A stretch of DNA of 32,000 bases from Crocosphaera subtropica ATCC 51142 (GCF_000017845.1 NC_010546.1:1500001-1532000), one strand, 5' to 3'. Positions 1-9,349 are shown, numbered from the stretch's first letter. Notes: a model not told the origin generated them from the sequence alone. Program-made: numbers and translations.

Positions 1-456
1 AAACGCTATCTGTTCTTGCGCTTCATCTGCATCCCAATGCTGTTCTATATGTTTCGCATCAATGACAGTTACAACGGCATCTAATTGTATTTTATCCCTC
101 ATATCTTCATCCACAAAAAAGGTTTGAATGACTGGGGCAGGATCGGCTAAACCGGTGGTTTCAATGACAAGATGATCAAATTTATTCCGTCGTTTCATCA
201 AATTACTAATAATCCGAATTAAATCCCCCCGAACGGTACAACAAATACAGCCATTGTTCATTTCAAAGATTTCTTCATCAGCATTAATAACTAATTGATG
301 ATCAATGCCAACTTCTCCAAATTCATTGACAATAACCGCTACTTTTTTACCGTGTTCATGGGTGAGAATACGATTCAAGAGGGTGGTTTTTCCTGCCCCT
401 AGGTATCCCGTTAAAACCGTTACAGGGATACTGTTTAATCCTTCTACGGCTACCAT
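1..456 (-). CDS. COG0523/CobW-family G3E GTPase (putative Zn metallochaperone, paralog A). N-terminal 152 codons only; the C-terminus lies left of the window
   Basis: Hand translation of the minus strand from the ATG at 456 gives MVAVEGLNSIPVTVLTGYLGAGKTTLLNRIL..NEFGEVGID..GCICCTVRGDL..HLVIETTGLADP. It has the P-loop, the CxCC metal motif and the ETTG switch. It is absent from the ORF track because it runs off the edge. Confidence 0.85.
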   Translation of the reverse strand, partial: MVAVEGLNSIPVTVLTGYLGAGKTTLLNRILTHEHGKKVAVIVNEFGEVGIDHQLVINADEEIFEMNNGCICCTVRGDLIRIISNLMKRRNKFDHLVIETTGLADPAPVIQTFFVDEDMRDKIQLDAVVTVIDAKHIEQHWDADEAQEQIAF

Positions 457-478
457 CTTTTTTCTCCTTTTTCTAAAA

Positions 479-493
479 TGATAATCATTTTCA
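479..493. promoter_or_regulatory. Zur-type (Fur-family) operator, 7-1-7 palindrome
   Basis: TGATAATCATTTTCA matches TGATAATNATTATCA at 14/15 positions. It lies 23 nt upstream of the COG0523-A start codon. Confidence 0.6.
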
Positions 494-517
494 TTATTTT
501 AGCGCAACATTTAAGAA

Positions 518-532
518 TAATAATCATTCTCA
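518..532. promoter_or_regulatory. Second, weaker Zur-type box
   Basis: TAATAATCATTCTCA matches at 13/15. It is in the same intergenic region, between the hemB stop and the COG0523-A start. Confidence 0.45.
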
Positions 533-539
533 AAATTGT

Positions 540-1532
<993 letters not shown>

Positions 1533-1545
1533 CTAATTTTAGAAA

Positions 1546-1560
1546 CGATAATCATTATTA
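1546..1560. promoter_or_regulatory. Zur-type box immediately upstream of hemB
   Basis: CGATAATCATTATTA matches at 13/15. It lies 17 nt upstream of the hemB ATG. Confidence 0.55.
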
Positions 1561-1591
1561 TATTGACATATAAAGTAGTCTACTATAATAA

Positions 1592-1606
1592 TGATAATCA
1601 TTATTA
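1592..1606. promoter_or_regulatory. Zur-type box
   Basis: TGATAATCATTATTA matches at 14/15. It belongs to a roughly 60-bp module that is about 85 percent identical to 8022-8082. Confidence 0.6.
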
Positions 1607-1652
1607 TATTTCATCAAACTTTAAAGTATAGTGGTAATCATTAGGATGTTTA

Positions 1653-2654
1653 TTAAGAAATAACTAAACAATCATTTAACTGAGAAATTATGGCTTTTTT
1701 GTCTAAATTACGTCCAATAAAAACCAGTTGATTACTCGGCGCATTTTCCCATTCATCAGCAGTCAGATCGTAGCGAGGACCACTTAATTGAAAAATATGT
1801 CTTAACTCACTATTACTAAACCGAAGTATTCCTTTAGCACGAAATACTTCTAGAGGCATTTGTTCAGTGAGAAAATACTCAAACTTTTCCACATCAAAGG
1901 GTTTATCACTCATAAAAGAAACAGCCATAAATCCATCTGTTTCCAGATGATGACTATAATCTTTATGATCTCGTTGAAAGTTACGAAGTTGTGTTTGATA
2001 AGAATCTTCCTGAGTTAAGCCAATATCCAATAAAAAATTGAGAGGAACTTTCCCATATTCACTTGTTAAAATTCTGGCTCCAAATTTAATATTTTTAATA
2101 AATTTTTCTAATTCTTTTATTTTTAAGGATTTAACTCGATCAATTTTATTGAGGATAACCATATCGCCATAACGAATTTGACTTAAAGCTGCATCACTAT
2201 TGAAATGTTCTGGAGTAAAGGTTTCCGCATCAACCACTGTAATAATGCTATCAATACGAGTCAGAAACTTTAATTCTGTCCCCAAAAAAGTCAAGATAAT
2301 TGGCAAAGGGTCGGCTAACCCTGTGGTTTCAATAATTAGATAATCGACTTTATTTTCTTTTTCTAAAACTCGATAAACTGCTTCGATTAAACTATCATTA
2401 ATAGTACAACAAATACAACCATTTCCTAATTCTACCATATCTTCTTCAACGGATACTAATAATTGAGAGTCAATATTAATATCACCAAATTCATTGACTA
2501 AAACGGCTACTTTCAAACCTTCTTTGTTATCGAGAATTTGATTAAGTAATGTAGTTTTTCCACTGCCCAAAAATCCCGTGATTATGGTGACTGGCATTCC
2601 GGTTTTGGGAATGGTGGGTAGGGTGTCTGAGAGAGAGAATGTTAAAGAATTCAT
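1653..2654 (-). CDS. COG0523/CobW-family G3E GTPase (paralog B)
   Basis: Motifs GFLGSGKTTLLN, GCICCT, ETTGLADP and a CobW_C-like tail (FRAKGIL..LVFIGRNLD). The ORF track begins at a TTG at 2690. I prefer the ATG at 2654 (MNSLTFSLSD) because it aligns with the start of paralog C. Confidence 0.88.
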   Translation of the reverse strand: MNSLTFSLSDTLPTIPKTGMPVTIITGFLGSGKTTLLNQILDNKEGLKVAVLVNEFGDINIDSQLLVSVEEDMVELGNGCICCTINDSLIEAVYRVLEKENKVDYLIIETTGLADPLPIILTFLGTELKFLTRIDSIITVVDAETFTPEHFNSDAALSQIRYGDMVILNKIDRVKSLKIKELEKFIKNIKFGARILTSEYGKVPLNFLLDIGLTQEDSYQTQLRNFQRDHKDYSHHLETDGFMAVSFMSDKPFDVEKFEYFLTEQMPLEVFRAKGILRFSNSELRHIFQLSGPRYDLTADEWENAPSNQLVFIGRNLDKKAIISQLNDCLVIS

Positions 2655-2707
2655 AGCAATTAAATCATGTTTTGAGAGACTATTAATCAAAAAAGCAGAA
2701 AAATCAA

Positions 2708-3703
2708 TTAATGATCATCTATTAGACAAGCTTCTAAATGCGATCGCATCCTGTCGGTATCCAAATTGCGACCAATAAAAACTAATTGCGTTTTCGGGTT
2801 TTCTTTCCAGACATCATCATCAATCATAAATCGTTTGCCACTGAGATGAAAAATATGACGTAAATCACTAATATCAAACCAAATAAACCCCTTGCCTCGA
2901 AAGACAGTATCGGGCAATTGGTTATCGAGAAAATACTGAAATTTCCGAATACTAAAAGGTCGTTCACTCTCAAAAGCTAGAGAAACAAAACCATCGTTTT
3001 CTAGATGATGTTCATGTTTATCTCTTATTTTATAAGACTGAAAAGAGCTATTTTGTTCAAATAATCCGACACTTAAAATCAAAGGTAAAGGCACTTTGGC
3101 TTTAGTGGTTCGTAAAATTCTGACTCCTTCCCTTAGTTCACGAATTTTTGTTTCAATTCTATCAACAACGGAAGTTTCAACTAAATCAATTTTGTTCAGT
3201 AATATAATATCTCCATAGGCAATTTGATTAATGGCTACTTGACTATCTTTAAAGTAGTCTAAGCTAAAATTTTCGCAATCAACCACTGTAATAATTGAAT
3301 CAAGGCGTGTTATTTCTCGCAAATCTGTCCCCAAAAAAGTGAGAGCAAGCGGGCGAGGATCAGCTATTCCTGTCGTTTCTACCACAAGATAATCGAGGTC
3401 TTTTTGACGTTGCCAAATTTTAAAAACTGCCTGAACTAAATCTTCATTAATTGTGCAGCAAATACAACCATTGTTCAATTCCACCATATTATCTTCCGTA
3501 GAGACAATTAATTGATTGTCAATACCAATTTCGCCAAATTCATTCACTAAGACGGCTGCTTTTAATCCATCTTGTTGTGTCAAAATATGATTAAGTAAAG
3601 TTGTTTTTCCACTGCCTAAAAATCCCGTTATTATGGTGACTGGCATTCCGATGTTAGGAATAGTGGGCAGGGAATCTGAGAGAGAAAAGGTTAAAGATTT
3701 CAT
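2708..3703 (-). CDS. COG0523/CobW-family G3E GTPase (paralog C), tandem to B
   Basis: Motifs GFLGSGKTTLLN, GCICCT, ETTGIADP and the tail FRGKGFIW..LVFIGRNLD. Confidence 0.9.
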   Translation of the reverse strand: MKSLTFSLSDSLPTIPNIGMPVTIITGFLGSGKTTLLNHILTQQDGLKAAVLVNEFGEIGIDNQLIVSTEDNMVELNNGCICCTINEDLVQAVFKIWQRQKDLDYLVVETTGIADPRPLALTFLGTDLREITRLDSIITVVDCENFSLDYFKDSQVAINQIAYGDIILLNKIDLVETSVVDRIETKIRELREGVRILRTTKAKVPLPLILSVGLFEQNSSFQSYKIRDKHEHHLENDGFVSLAFESERPFSIRKFQYFLDNQLPDTVFRGKGFIWFDISDLRHIFHLSGKRFMIDDDVWKENPKTQLVFIGRNLDTDRMRSHLEACLIDDH

Positions 3704-3774
3704 CGTAATTAACTCATTTATGGGTGGATCAATTGATATTCACAGTTGCTTATTGAAATAAGAAAAATTATTAT

Positions 3775-4473
3775 TTAATAGGCAACTGTTCTAAACTTCA
3801 GAGCATTGCTATAAGGGTTATACAGGGTATAAATTGCTTGATGGGGGGTTCGTCCCACATTGCCCACCCCAATAATTCGCCGTTGGGTCGTTTCTATGGT
3901 TTGAGAAGGGTGTTGACTATCCAGTGTGGTTACACTGGTGGTAATTGCTGCTTCTTGTAGTTGATAGTCAAAGGTTTGGCCGGAACGTCCACAAAATAAA
4001 GAATTAACCCCCATCCGTTGCAGACGATCTAATAGTTGCCAAGGGGAGGTTTTTGGAGTCAGTTCCTCGCTTACACTGACACTACTGCCATGAATGAGCA
4101 AACAATCTAATTCAACGAAGCCAAAATCTAGGTTTCTCAGCCATTGTATTGTGTCCCGTGAAACCTTATCCCACAATTGTTTAGCAGTATCCACTCCATA
4201 TTGTTCGAGGAGTTCTGTCGGTTCAGCAGTTGCCCCTAACCCATGCAAAATTAAACACTGTTCTTCCCACCATCCCCGACACACTTGGGGGAATAATTCA
4301 TCAGAACGAGGATTACGGATGCGATGAACTAATTGCTCTGTTTCTGGGTGAATTCCCACTAAATCACCCAGAATATATAATTCTTCCACCGGAACCGTTT
4401 GTTCTTGAATATCCTGAATCACCGCCTCATAAGCGGTTAAATTACCTTCAATGCCAGTTAAAATTGCCCACAT
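3775..4473 (-). CDS. Degenerate calcineurin-like metallophosphoesterase paralog (probable pseudo-enzyme)
   Basis: 232 aa. It shares the scaffold blocks ILGDLVG, LIHGSS and LFCG with the neighbouring MPE. The ligand blocks differ: GIE for DxH, RGWW for GN(H/Y)D and GRSG for GHxH. Confidence 0.65.
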   Translation of the reverse strand: MWAILTGIEGNLTAYEAVIQDIQEQTVPVEELYILGDLVGIHPETEQLVHRIRNPRSDELFPQVCRGWWEEQCLILHGLGATAEPTELLEQYGVDTAKQLWDKVSRDTIQWLRNLDFGFVELDCLLIHGSSVSVSEELTPKTSPWQLLDRLQRMGVNSLFCGRSGQTFDYQLQEAAITTSVTTLDSQHPSQTIETTQRRIIGVGNVGRTPHQAIYTLYNPYSNALKFRTVAY

Positions 4474-4491
4474 ATTTCTAAATTTGATGAA

Positions 4492-5307
4492 TTATCGTTC
4501 ACACACATGGGTCGGATCATCCGCTTTTTCTGCAAATTCTAGACCCTGTGCGAGTCGCCAAGCAAAAATCGGAGGCAACCCAACCTCAACGATGGCACGA
4601 CAAGTCTCCTGATAATCATAGGGGACTTCTCGTAAGGTCACTTGTTCTGTTTGAGTATCGTAGATAGCGTAAGTCGCATTGGGACGACCATGACGGGGTT
4701 CCCCCACTGACCCCACATTAATAATGCGTTTTAAAGGAGTTGTAAACTGTAAAACTTGCTCATTTTCAGGGGTAGATTGACTGACTTTGACTTGCAGTTG
4801 TCCTGACTCTAAAGTACGAATATAGGGAATATGAGTGTGACCACAAAATAGAATATCTGCATCGGAGGATAACACCCGTTCTAAAGCAGCAAAAGCATCA
4901 ATTTCTGGTAAAAGATATTCATGGTTACTTTGGGGACTCCCATGAACAAAACAGCAATTTTCTAACTTTAAAGTATGAGGTAATTGGGCAAGATATTGGC
5001 GATTTTCTAGGGTAATTTGTTGCTTTGTCCATTCATGGGCTAATTTTCCTCTTTTTTCAGCTAACAAAGATGGATAACTACATTCACAAGCGTTTAATCC
5101 TTCGACAATATCTTCATCCCAACACCCTTGAACGGTGGGAATATTTAGGTTGCGAATCGTTTCAACGACTTCATTGGGATAGGGTCCATAGCCCACTAAA
5201 TCCCCTAGGCAATAAATTTGGTCACAGGAATAGTGATCAATATCTTTGAGAACCGCTTCTAAGGCTTTCATATTGCCATGAAGACAAGACAAAACGGCAA
5301 TTTTCAT
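4492..5307 (-). CDS. Calcineurin-like metallophosphoesterase with Cys-substituted metal ligands
   Basis: The blocks are SCLHGN (C for D of DxH), CLGDLVGYGP, QGCWDED (C for N of GNxD), FVHGSP and FCGHTHIP. The ATG at 5307 shares one nt with the TGA of the upstream gene. A GTG at 5310 is an alternative start. Confidence 0.8.
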   Translation of the reverse strand: MKIAVLSCLHGNMKALEAVLKDIDHYSCDQIYCLGDLVGYGPYPNEVVETIRNLNIPTVQGCWDEDIVEGLNACECSYPSLLAEKRGKLAHEWTKQQITLENRQYLAQLPHTLKLENCCFVHGSPQSNHEYLLPEIDAFAALERVLSSDADILFCGHTHIPYIRTLESGQLQVKVSQSTPENEQVLQFTTPLKRIINVGSVGEPRHGRPNATYAIYDTQTEQVTLREVPYDYQETCRAIVEVGLPPIFAWRLAQGLEFAEKADDPTHVCER

Positions 5308-6086
5308 CACACTTTCTCCTTTTCTAATACTAAAGATTGTTTAACCTGTTGTTGATAATAAAAAATCGCTTCATCGGAGAGACAAAACTCTCCCAATGTA
5401 TCAGCAATGGCTTGTTTATCTAAATTACGCCCGACAATTTCTAATCCACTAAATTGTTGCGGTCTACCTTCTAAATTAAGGGGAAAGTTTAGAGGACAAA
5501 AGTCTTTTGGATACTTCCCTGATAAAAATTCTCCATAAATCCATTGGCCATCTAAAATAGTGAAAATTCCTTTGATTCTAATCACCTCTCCATAAGCTCC
5601 GTGAATTAATTCTAACCAAAAAGTTTCTAGGCTAGAAAAATCTAAAACCTCTCCTGTTAAAGTAGCCCGATAAATTTGTAAATCTAAACTATTGGGTAAT
5701 ACTAAATCATTTTTTCCATTGATTTCTTCGTTGAGAATAATTTCATCAGTCCACATTTGCCAGTCTTGTTTTTGTTCAACTTTTGAGATGAGCGCAAGGC
5801 GATGACAATTCAGTTGTTTCAGAAAAGAATCAATGGATTTTATCTCTAAATACCAAGGAACTTCTATATAGATATCATGGTGGTTAGATAAATGTCTTAA
5901 TTTATTTTCTTCTCCGTTGGCGAGAATTGAGAGATGTGGAAATTCACTTTTCAAATAAATGGCATCAATAGGAAACAAGTCTGTTTGAGGACTCCAATAA
6001 ATAATTGGAAGAGTAGCCTTTGACATTTTTTCTTTAATTAAGTGGGTTTTACCTGAACTAATGTTTCCCATAATTACAGTAATCAT
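5307..6086 (-). CDS. Divergent COG0523-like P-loop protein lacking the CxCC metal motif
   Basis: 259 aa. N-terminus is MITVIMGNISSGKTHL (P-loop). DIYIEVPWYLE sits where DYLIIETTGLAD would be. The C-terminus (VIRIKGIF..GLEIVGRNLDKQAIADTL) parallels the CobW_C tails of paralogs B, C and D. No GCICCT equivalent is present. Confidence 0.6.
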   Translation of the reverse strand: MITVIMGNISSGKTHLIKEKMSKATLPIIYWSPQTDLFPIDAIYLKSEFPHLSILANGEENKLRHLSNHHDIYIEVPWYLEIKSIDSFLKQLNCHRLALISKVEQKQDWQMWTDEIILNEEINGKNDLVLPNSLDLQIYRATLTGEVLDFSSLETFWLELIHGAYGEVIRIKGIFTILDGQWIYGEFLSGKYPKDFCPLNFPLNLEGRPQQFSGLEIVGRNLDKQAIADTLGEFCLSDEAIFYYQQQVKQSLVLEKEKV

Positions 6087-6163
6087 TGTTAGTTTCTCAT
6101 TTTAAAATTTTCAGGTTAATTTTTGATGGGGATAGACAGAATAATGTGCCAACTATCTTTAAT

Positions 6164-8011
6164 TTAAAAAGCCTTTTTATTCGTAATAGCTATTTTAAAC
6201 CTCTCCCGTAAATCTGCAACAGTTATTGTTCCTAAATCTCCTCCTTGACGAGTGCGAATACTCAGAGTTTGACTTTCAACTTCGCGCTTACCAACAATAG
6301 CAACAACGGGGATTTTTTCCAATTCACTAAGACGAATTTGTTTGCCTAAACGCTCCCCACTTGTATCAACTTCTACTCGATATCCAGCTTTTTTTAACCT
6401 AATTGCCACTGTTTTAGCATAGTCCTGTTGTTCATCACTAACAGGTAATAATCGCAGTTGAATGGGAGCTAACCACAAAGGAAAATCCCCTGCATAATTC
6501 TCAATTAAGATGCCAAAAAATCGCTCTAACGAGCCAAAAATAGCCCGATGAATCATAATAGGTTGTTGGCGACTTCCATCAGCAGCTACATATTCCATGC
6601 CAAAACGTTCAGGTAGATTAAAATCAACTTGAATGGTGGAACATTGCCACAGCCTTCCGATGGCATCTTTAATTTTAATATCAATTTTGGGTCCATAAAA
6701 AGCTCCTCCTCCTCGATCTTCAAGATAATTCCATTGTTTATTATTTAAGGCTTTTATTAATGCTTCAGTTGCTAATTGCCAAACTTGATCACTCCCTACA
6801 GATTTTTCAGGACGAGTGGATAAATTGACTTCATAATCAGTAAACCCAAAATCAGAAAGTATTTTTTCCGTTAAATTTAGGACCCCCAGAATTTCATCAG
6901 CAATTTGTTCCGGTAAACAGAAAATATGAGCATCATCTTGAGTAAACCCTCGTACCCGCATTAAACCATGTAAGACCCCAGATTTTTCATAGCGATAAAC
7001 TGTTCCTAATTCTGCCCATTTTAAAGGAAATTCTCGATAAGAATGCAGGTCATCTTTATAGGTTAAAACATGAAAAGGACAGTTCATCGGTTTAATTTGA
7101 TAAGTTTGATGTTCAACAGCCATTGCCTCAAACATATTTTCTCGATAAAAGTCCCAATGTCCTGATGTTTTCCATAGGTCTAAATTAGCAACATGGGGCG
7201 TATAAAGAAATTGATATCCGTCTTCTAAATGAGCGTTGCGCCAATAATCTTCGATTAAATAACGCATCATTGCCCCTCTAGGATGCCAAAAAACTAAGCC
7301 CCCTCCAGCATCTTCTTGGATACTAAAGAGTTTTAATTGTTGTCCTAACTTGCGGTGATCTCTCCGTTGTGCTTCTTCTTTTTGTGTCAGATAAGCTTGT
7401 AACTGTTCGGGAGTTTCCCACGCTGTCCCATAAATGCGCTGTAACTGCGGTTTGCTCTCATCTCCTTGCCAATAAGCCCCCGCCACACTTTCTAAAGCAA
7501 AAGCCTCCGGGTGAATTTCTCCCGTAAAATTGAGATGAGGCCCCGCACATAAATCCCACCAACAGGTATCAGGAGGCACGAGAACAGGGTTAATTAAAGA
7601 GGGTTGTTGTTCTGGTATATTCCCTCGTCCTCCGTCGGGACTCCCAATAAAATAGCGGGTAATGGACTCTGTTTCAGGAATGCTCTCTAAAATTTCAAGT
7701 TTATAGGGTTCGTTAAGTTCTGCAATTTCTGTCTGAATTTCAGCACGATCTACCACTTCTCGGATAATAGGTAGGTTTGCTTTGATAATTCTTCTCATTT
7801 CTCCTTCAATCTTTTTCATATCTTCTGGAGTAAAGGGGGTCAAGCGGTCAAAGTCGTAGTAAAAACCTGTTTCTGTCCAGGGGCCAATGGTTACTTTTGT
7901 CTCAGGAAACAGAGTTTGAACCGCCATCCCTAAAACATGAGCGCAGGTATGACGGATTTTTACCAGTTGTTGTCGGTCTTTATCTAGGAGTGGGGTGAGT
8001 TGGTTACTCAT
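6164..8011 (-). CDS. thrS: Threonyl-tRNA synthetase paralog lacking the N-terminal TGS domain
   Basis: Class II ThrRS blocks are present: RHTCAHVLG, DLCAGPH, RDHRKLG, KPMNCPFH, FTQDDAHIF, MIHRAIFGSLERF. The start is set at the ATG at 8011 (MSNQLTP). The longer ORF-track start at 8164 would run through the Zur boxes and the divergent gene. Confidence 0.92.
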   Translation of the reverse strand: MSNQLTPLLDKDRQQLVKIRHTCAHVLGMAVQTLFPETKVTIGPWTETGFYYDFDRLTPFTPEDMKKIEGEMRRIIKANLPIIREVVDRAEIQTEIAELNEPYKLEILESIPETESITRYFIGSPDGGRGNIPEQQPSLINPVLVPPDTCWWDLCAGPHLNFTGEIHPEAFALESVAGAYWQGDESKPQLQRIYGTAWETPEQLQAYLTQKEEAQRRDHRKLGQQLKLFSIQEDAGGGLVFWHPRGAMMRYLIEDYWRNAHLEDGYQFLYTPHVANLDLWKTSGHWDFYRENMFEAMAVEHQTYQIKPMNCPFHVLTYKDDLHSYREFPLKWAELGTVYRYEKSGVLHGLMRVRGFTQDDAHIFCLPEQIADEILGVLNLTEKILSDFGFTDYEVNLSTRPEKSVGSDQVWQLATEALIKALNNKQWNYLEDRGGGAFYGPKIDIKIKDAIGRLWQCSTIQVDFNLPERFGMEYVAADGSRQQPIMIHRAIFGSLERFFGILIENYAGDFPLWLAPIQLRLLPVSDEQQDYAKTVAIRLKKAGYRVEVDTSGERLGKQIRLSELEKIPVVAIVGKREVESQTLSIRTRQGGDLGTITVADLRERFKIAITNKKAF

Positions 8012-8021
8012 GCTATAAAAA

Positions 8022-8036
8022 TGATAATCATTATTA
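8022..8036. promoter_or_regulatory. Zur-type box, 11 nt upstream of the thrS ATG
   Basis: TGATAATCATTATTA matches at 14/15. Confidence 0.6.
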
Positions 8037-8038
8037 TC

Positions 8039-8065
8039 TTGACACAAAGAATAGTTTACTATAAA
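8039..8065 (+). promoter_or_regulatory. Sigma70-like promoter for the FAD oxidoreductase gene
   Basis: TTGACA (8039-8044), a 15-nt spacer, then TATAAA (8060-8065). The minus strand reads TATAGT over 8063-8058, a candidate thrS -10. The spacer is shorter than the optimum. Confidence 0.4.
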
Positions 8066-8067
8066 AA

Positions 8068-8082
8068 TGATAATCATTATCA
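8068..8082. promoter_or_regulatory. Perfect Zur-type palindrome
   Basis: TGATAATCATTATCA matches at 15/15 and is a perfect 7-1-7 inverted repeat. It lies directly after the + strand -10 element. Confidence 0.7.
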
Positions 8083-8097
8083 AAAAAGTGACCTGTG

Positions 8098-9315
8098 ATG
8101 AATTCCGCAAACTTAGAAAAGGTGGACATAGCCATTGTAGGTGCCGGTCCGCAAGCGTTAACATTAGTGACTCATATTCTGCAAAAAAAGGCCAAATTTC
8201 GCCGTCGTATGGTGGTTTTAGACCCTAGTGGCAGTTGGTTAAGTCAATGGCGACATCAGTTTGCCGCCCAAAACATCCCCCATTTAAGATCCCCGGCGGT
8301 ACATCATCCCCATCCTAACCCCTATCAGTTGAGAAAATTTGCCGAACATCGTTCAGATGAATTATTTGCCCCTTATGACTTACCAGGGACAAATTTATTT
8401 AATGATTTTTGTGAGGATCTTGTTAAAAGTTGGCAGTTAGAAAATTTAGTTTATTCTGATAAAGTAACTCGAATTTTGCCGATAAAAGTTCGTTCATATA
8501 ATCGATTTCAATTAATGTTAGAAAGTGGTAATCAATTAATTGTTCGTCGAGTTATTTTAGCAACAGGGGGTGGAATTCCTCAATTTCCTGATTGGGTCAA
8601 TAACATTAAAAAAACCTATCCTCAAGATAGATTATTACATTCTCAGCAGATAGATTTAAGAACAGTCAAATTAAAAAATAAACGAATTTTAATTATTGGT
8701 GGAGGCTTAACTTCTGGACATTTAGCAGTGGGGGCAATTGAGCAAGGGGCTAAGGTTATTTTAATGGCAAGACGACAGTTAAAAGAAAAATTATTTGACG
8801 CTGATCCAGGTTGGTTAGGTCCAAAATATTTAAAGGATTTTTATTTAGAATTGGACTGGGAAAAGCGATGGACCCTGATTCATCAAGCCAGAGATGGGGG
8901 ATCAATGACTCCTGCTATGATGTTAAAATTAAGACGGATGACAAGGGATAAACCTTTAACCCTTGAAGAAAATTGTCAAGTGGTTAAAGCTGATTGGAAA
9001 GATAATCAATGGCAAATAAAATGTCAAGATGAAAAACATTTTTCTTGTGATCAAATTTGGTTAGCCACAGGGACACAATTTAGGGTTAATGATCATCCTT
9101 TGTTCACTGATATCCAGAAAAATTATCCGACTCAATTTGTTCAAGGATTACCTATTTTAGATCAATATTTACGTTGGCCATCCTTAGAATTATTTATAAT
9201 GGGAGGCTTATCTGCTTTACAAATTGGTCCCGTTGCCCGTAATTTAGCAGGGGCAATTAAAGGGAGTCAAAGAATTGCTGAAGCCTTAATTAAGCCCAGT
9301 TTAGCTATGCTTTAA
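8098..9315 (+). CDS. FAD/NAD(P)-binding oxidoreductase (two-dinucleotide-fold, N-hydroxylating monooxygenase-like)
   Basis: IAIVGAGPQALT (GxGxxA) lies near the N-terminus and a second fold, ILIIGGGLTSGHLA, lies mid-protein. The start is either the ATG at 8098 or the GTG at 8095. Confidence 0.7.
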   Translation: MNSANLEKVDIAIVGAGPQALTLVTHILQKKAKFRRRMVVLDPSGSWLSQWRHQFAAQNIPHLRSPAVHHPHPNPYQLRKFAEHRSDELFAPYDLPGTNLFNDFCEDLVKSWQLENLVYSDKVTRILPIKVRSYNRFQLMLESGNQLIVRRVILATGGGIPQFPDWVNNIKKTYPQDRLLHSQQIDLRTVKLKNKRILIIGGGLTSGHLAVGAIEQGAKVILMARRQLKEKLFDADPGWLGPKYLKDFYLELDWEKRWTLIHQARDGGSMTPAMMLKLRRMTRDKPLTLEENCQVVKADWKDNQWQIKCQDEKHFSCDQIWLATGTQFRVNDHPLFTDIQKNYPTQFVQGLPILDQYLRWPSLELFIMGGLSALQIGPVARNLAGAIKGSQRIAEALIKPSLAML

Positions 9316-9334
9316 TTATAACAAAAAAGCTAGG

Positions 9335-9349
9335 GTAGGTAATACCTAC
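9335..9349. other. Perfect 7-1-7 palindrome GTAGGTAATACCTAC (operator or weak terminator stem)
   Basis: It lies 20 nt after the oxidoreductase stop codon. No U-tract follows it. Confidence 0.25.

Noticed and set aside
1632-1646. Third Zur-like site TGGTAATCATTAGGA next to the COG0523-B stop codon
   Set aside because: It matches at only about 12/15 with a broken right half-site. That is too weak to call.
8012-8164. N-terminal 51-codon extension of the thrS ORF given in the ORF track (MLTLADRHLQ...)
   Set aside because: It runs through both Zur boxes and the promoter, and overlaps the divergent oxidoreductase gene. It has a hydrophobic, low-complexity sequence unlike any ThrRS. The ATG at 8011 gives a sensible protein.
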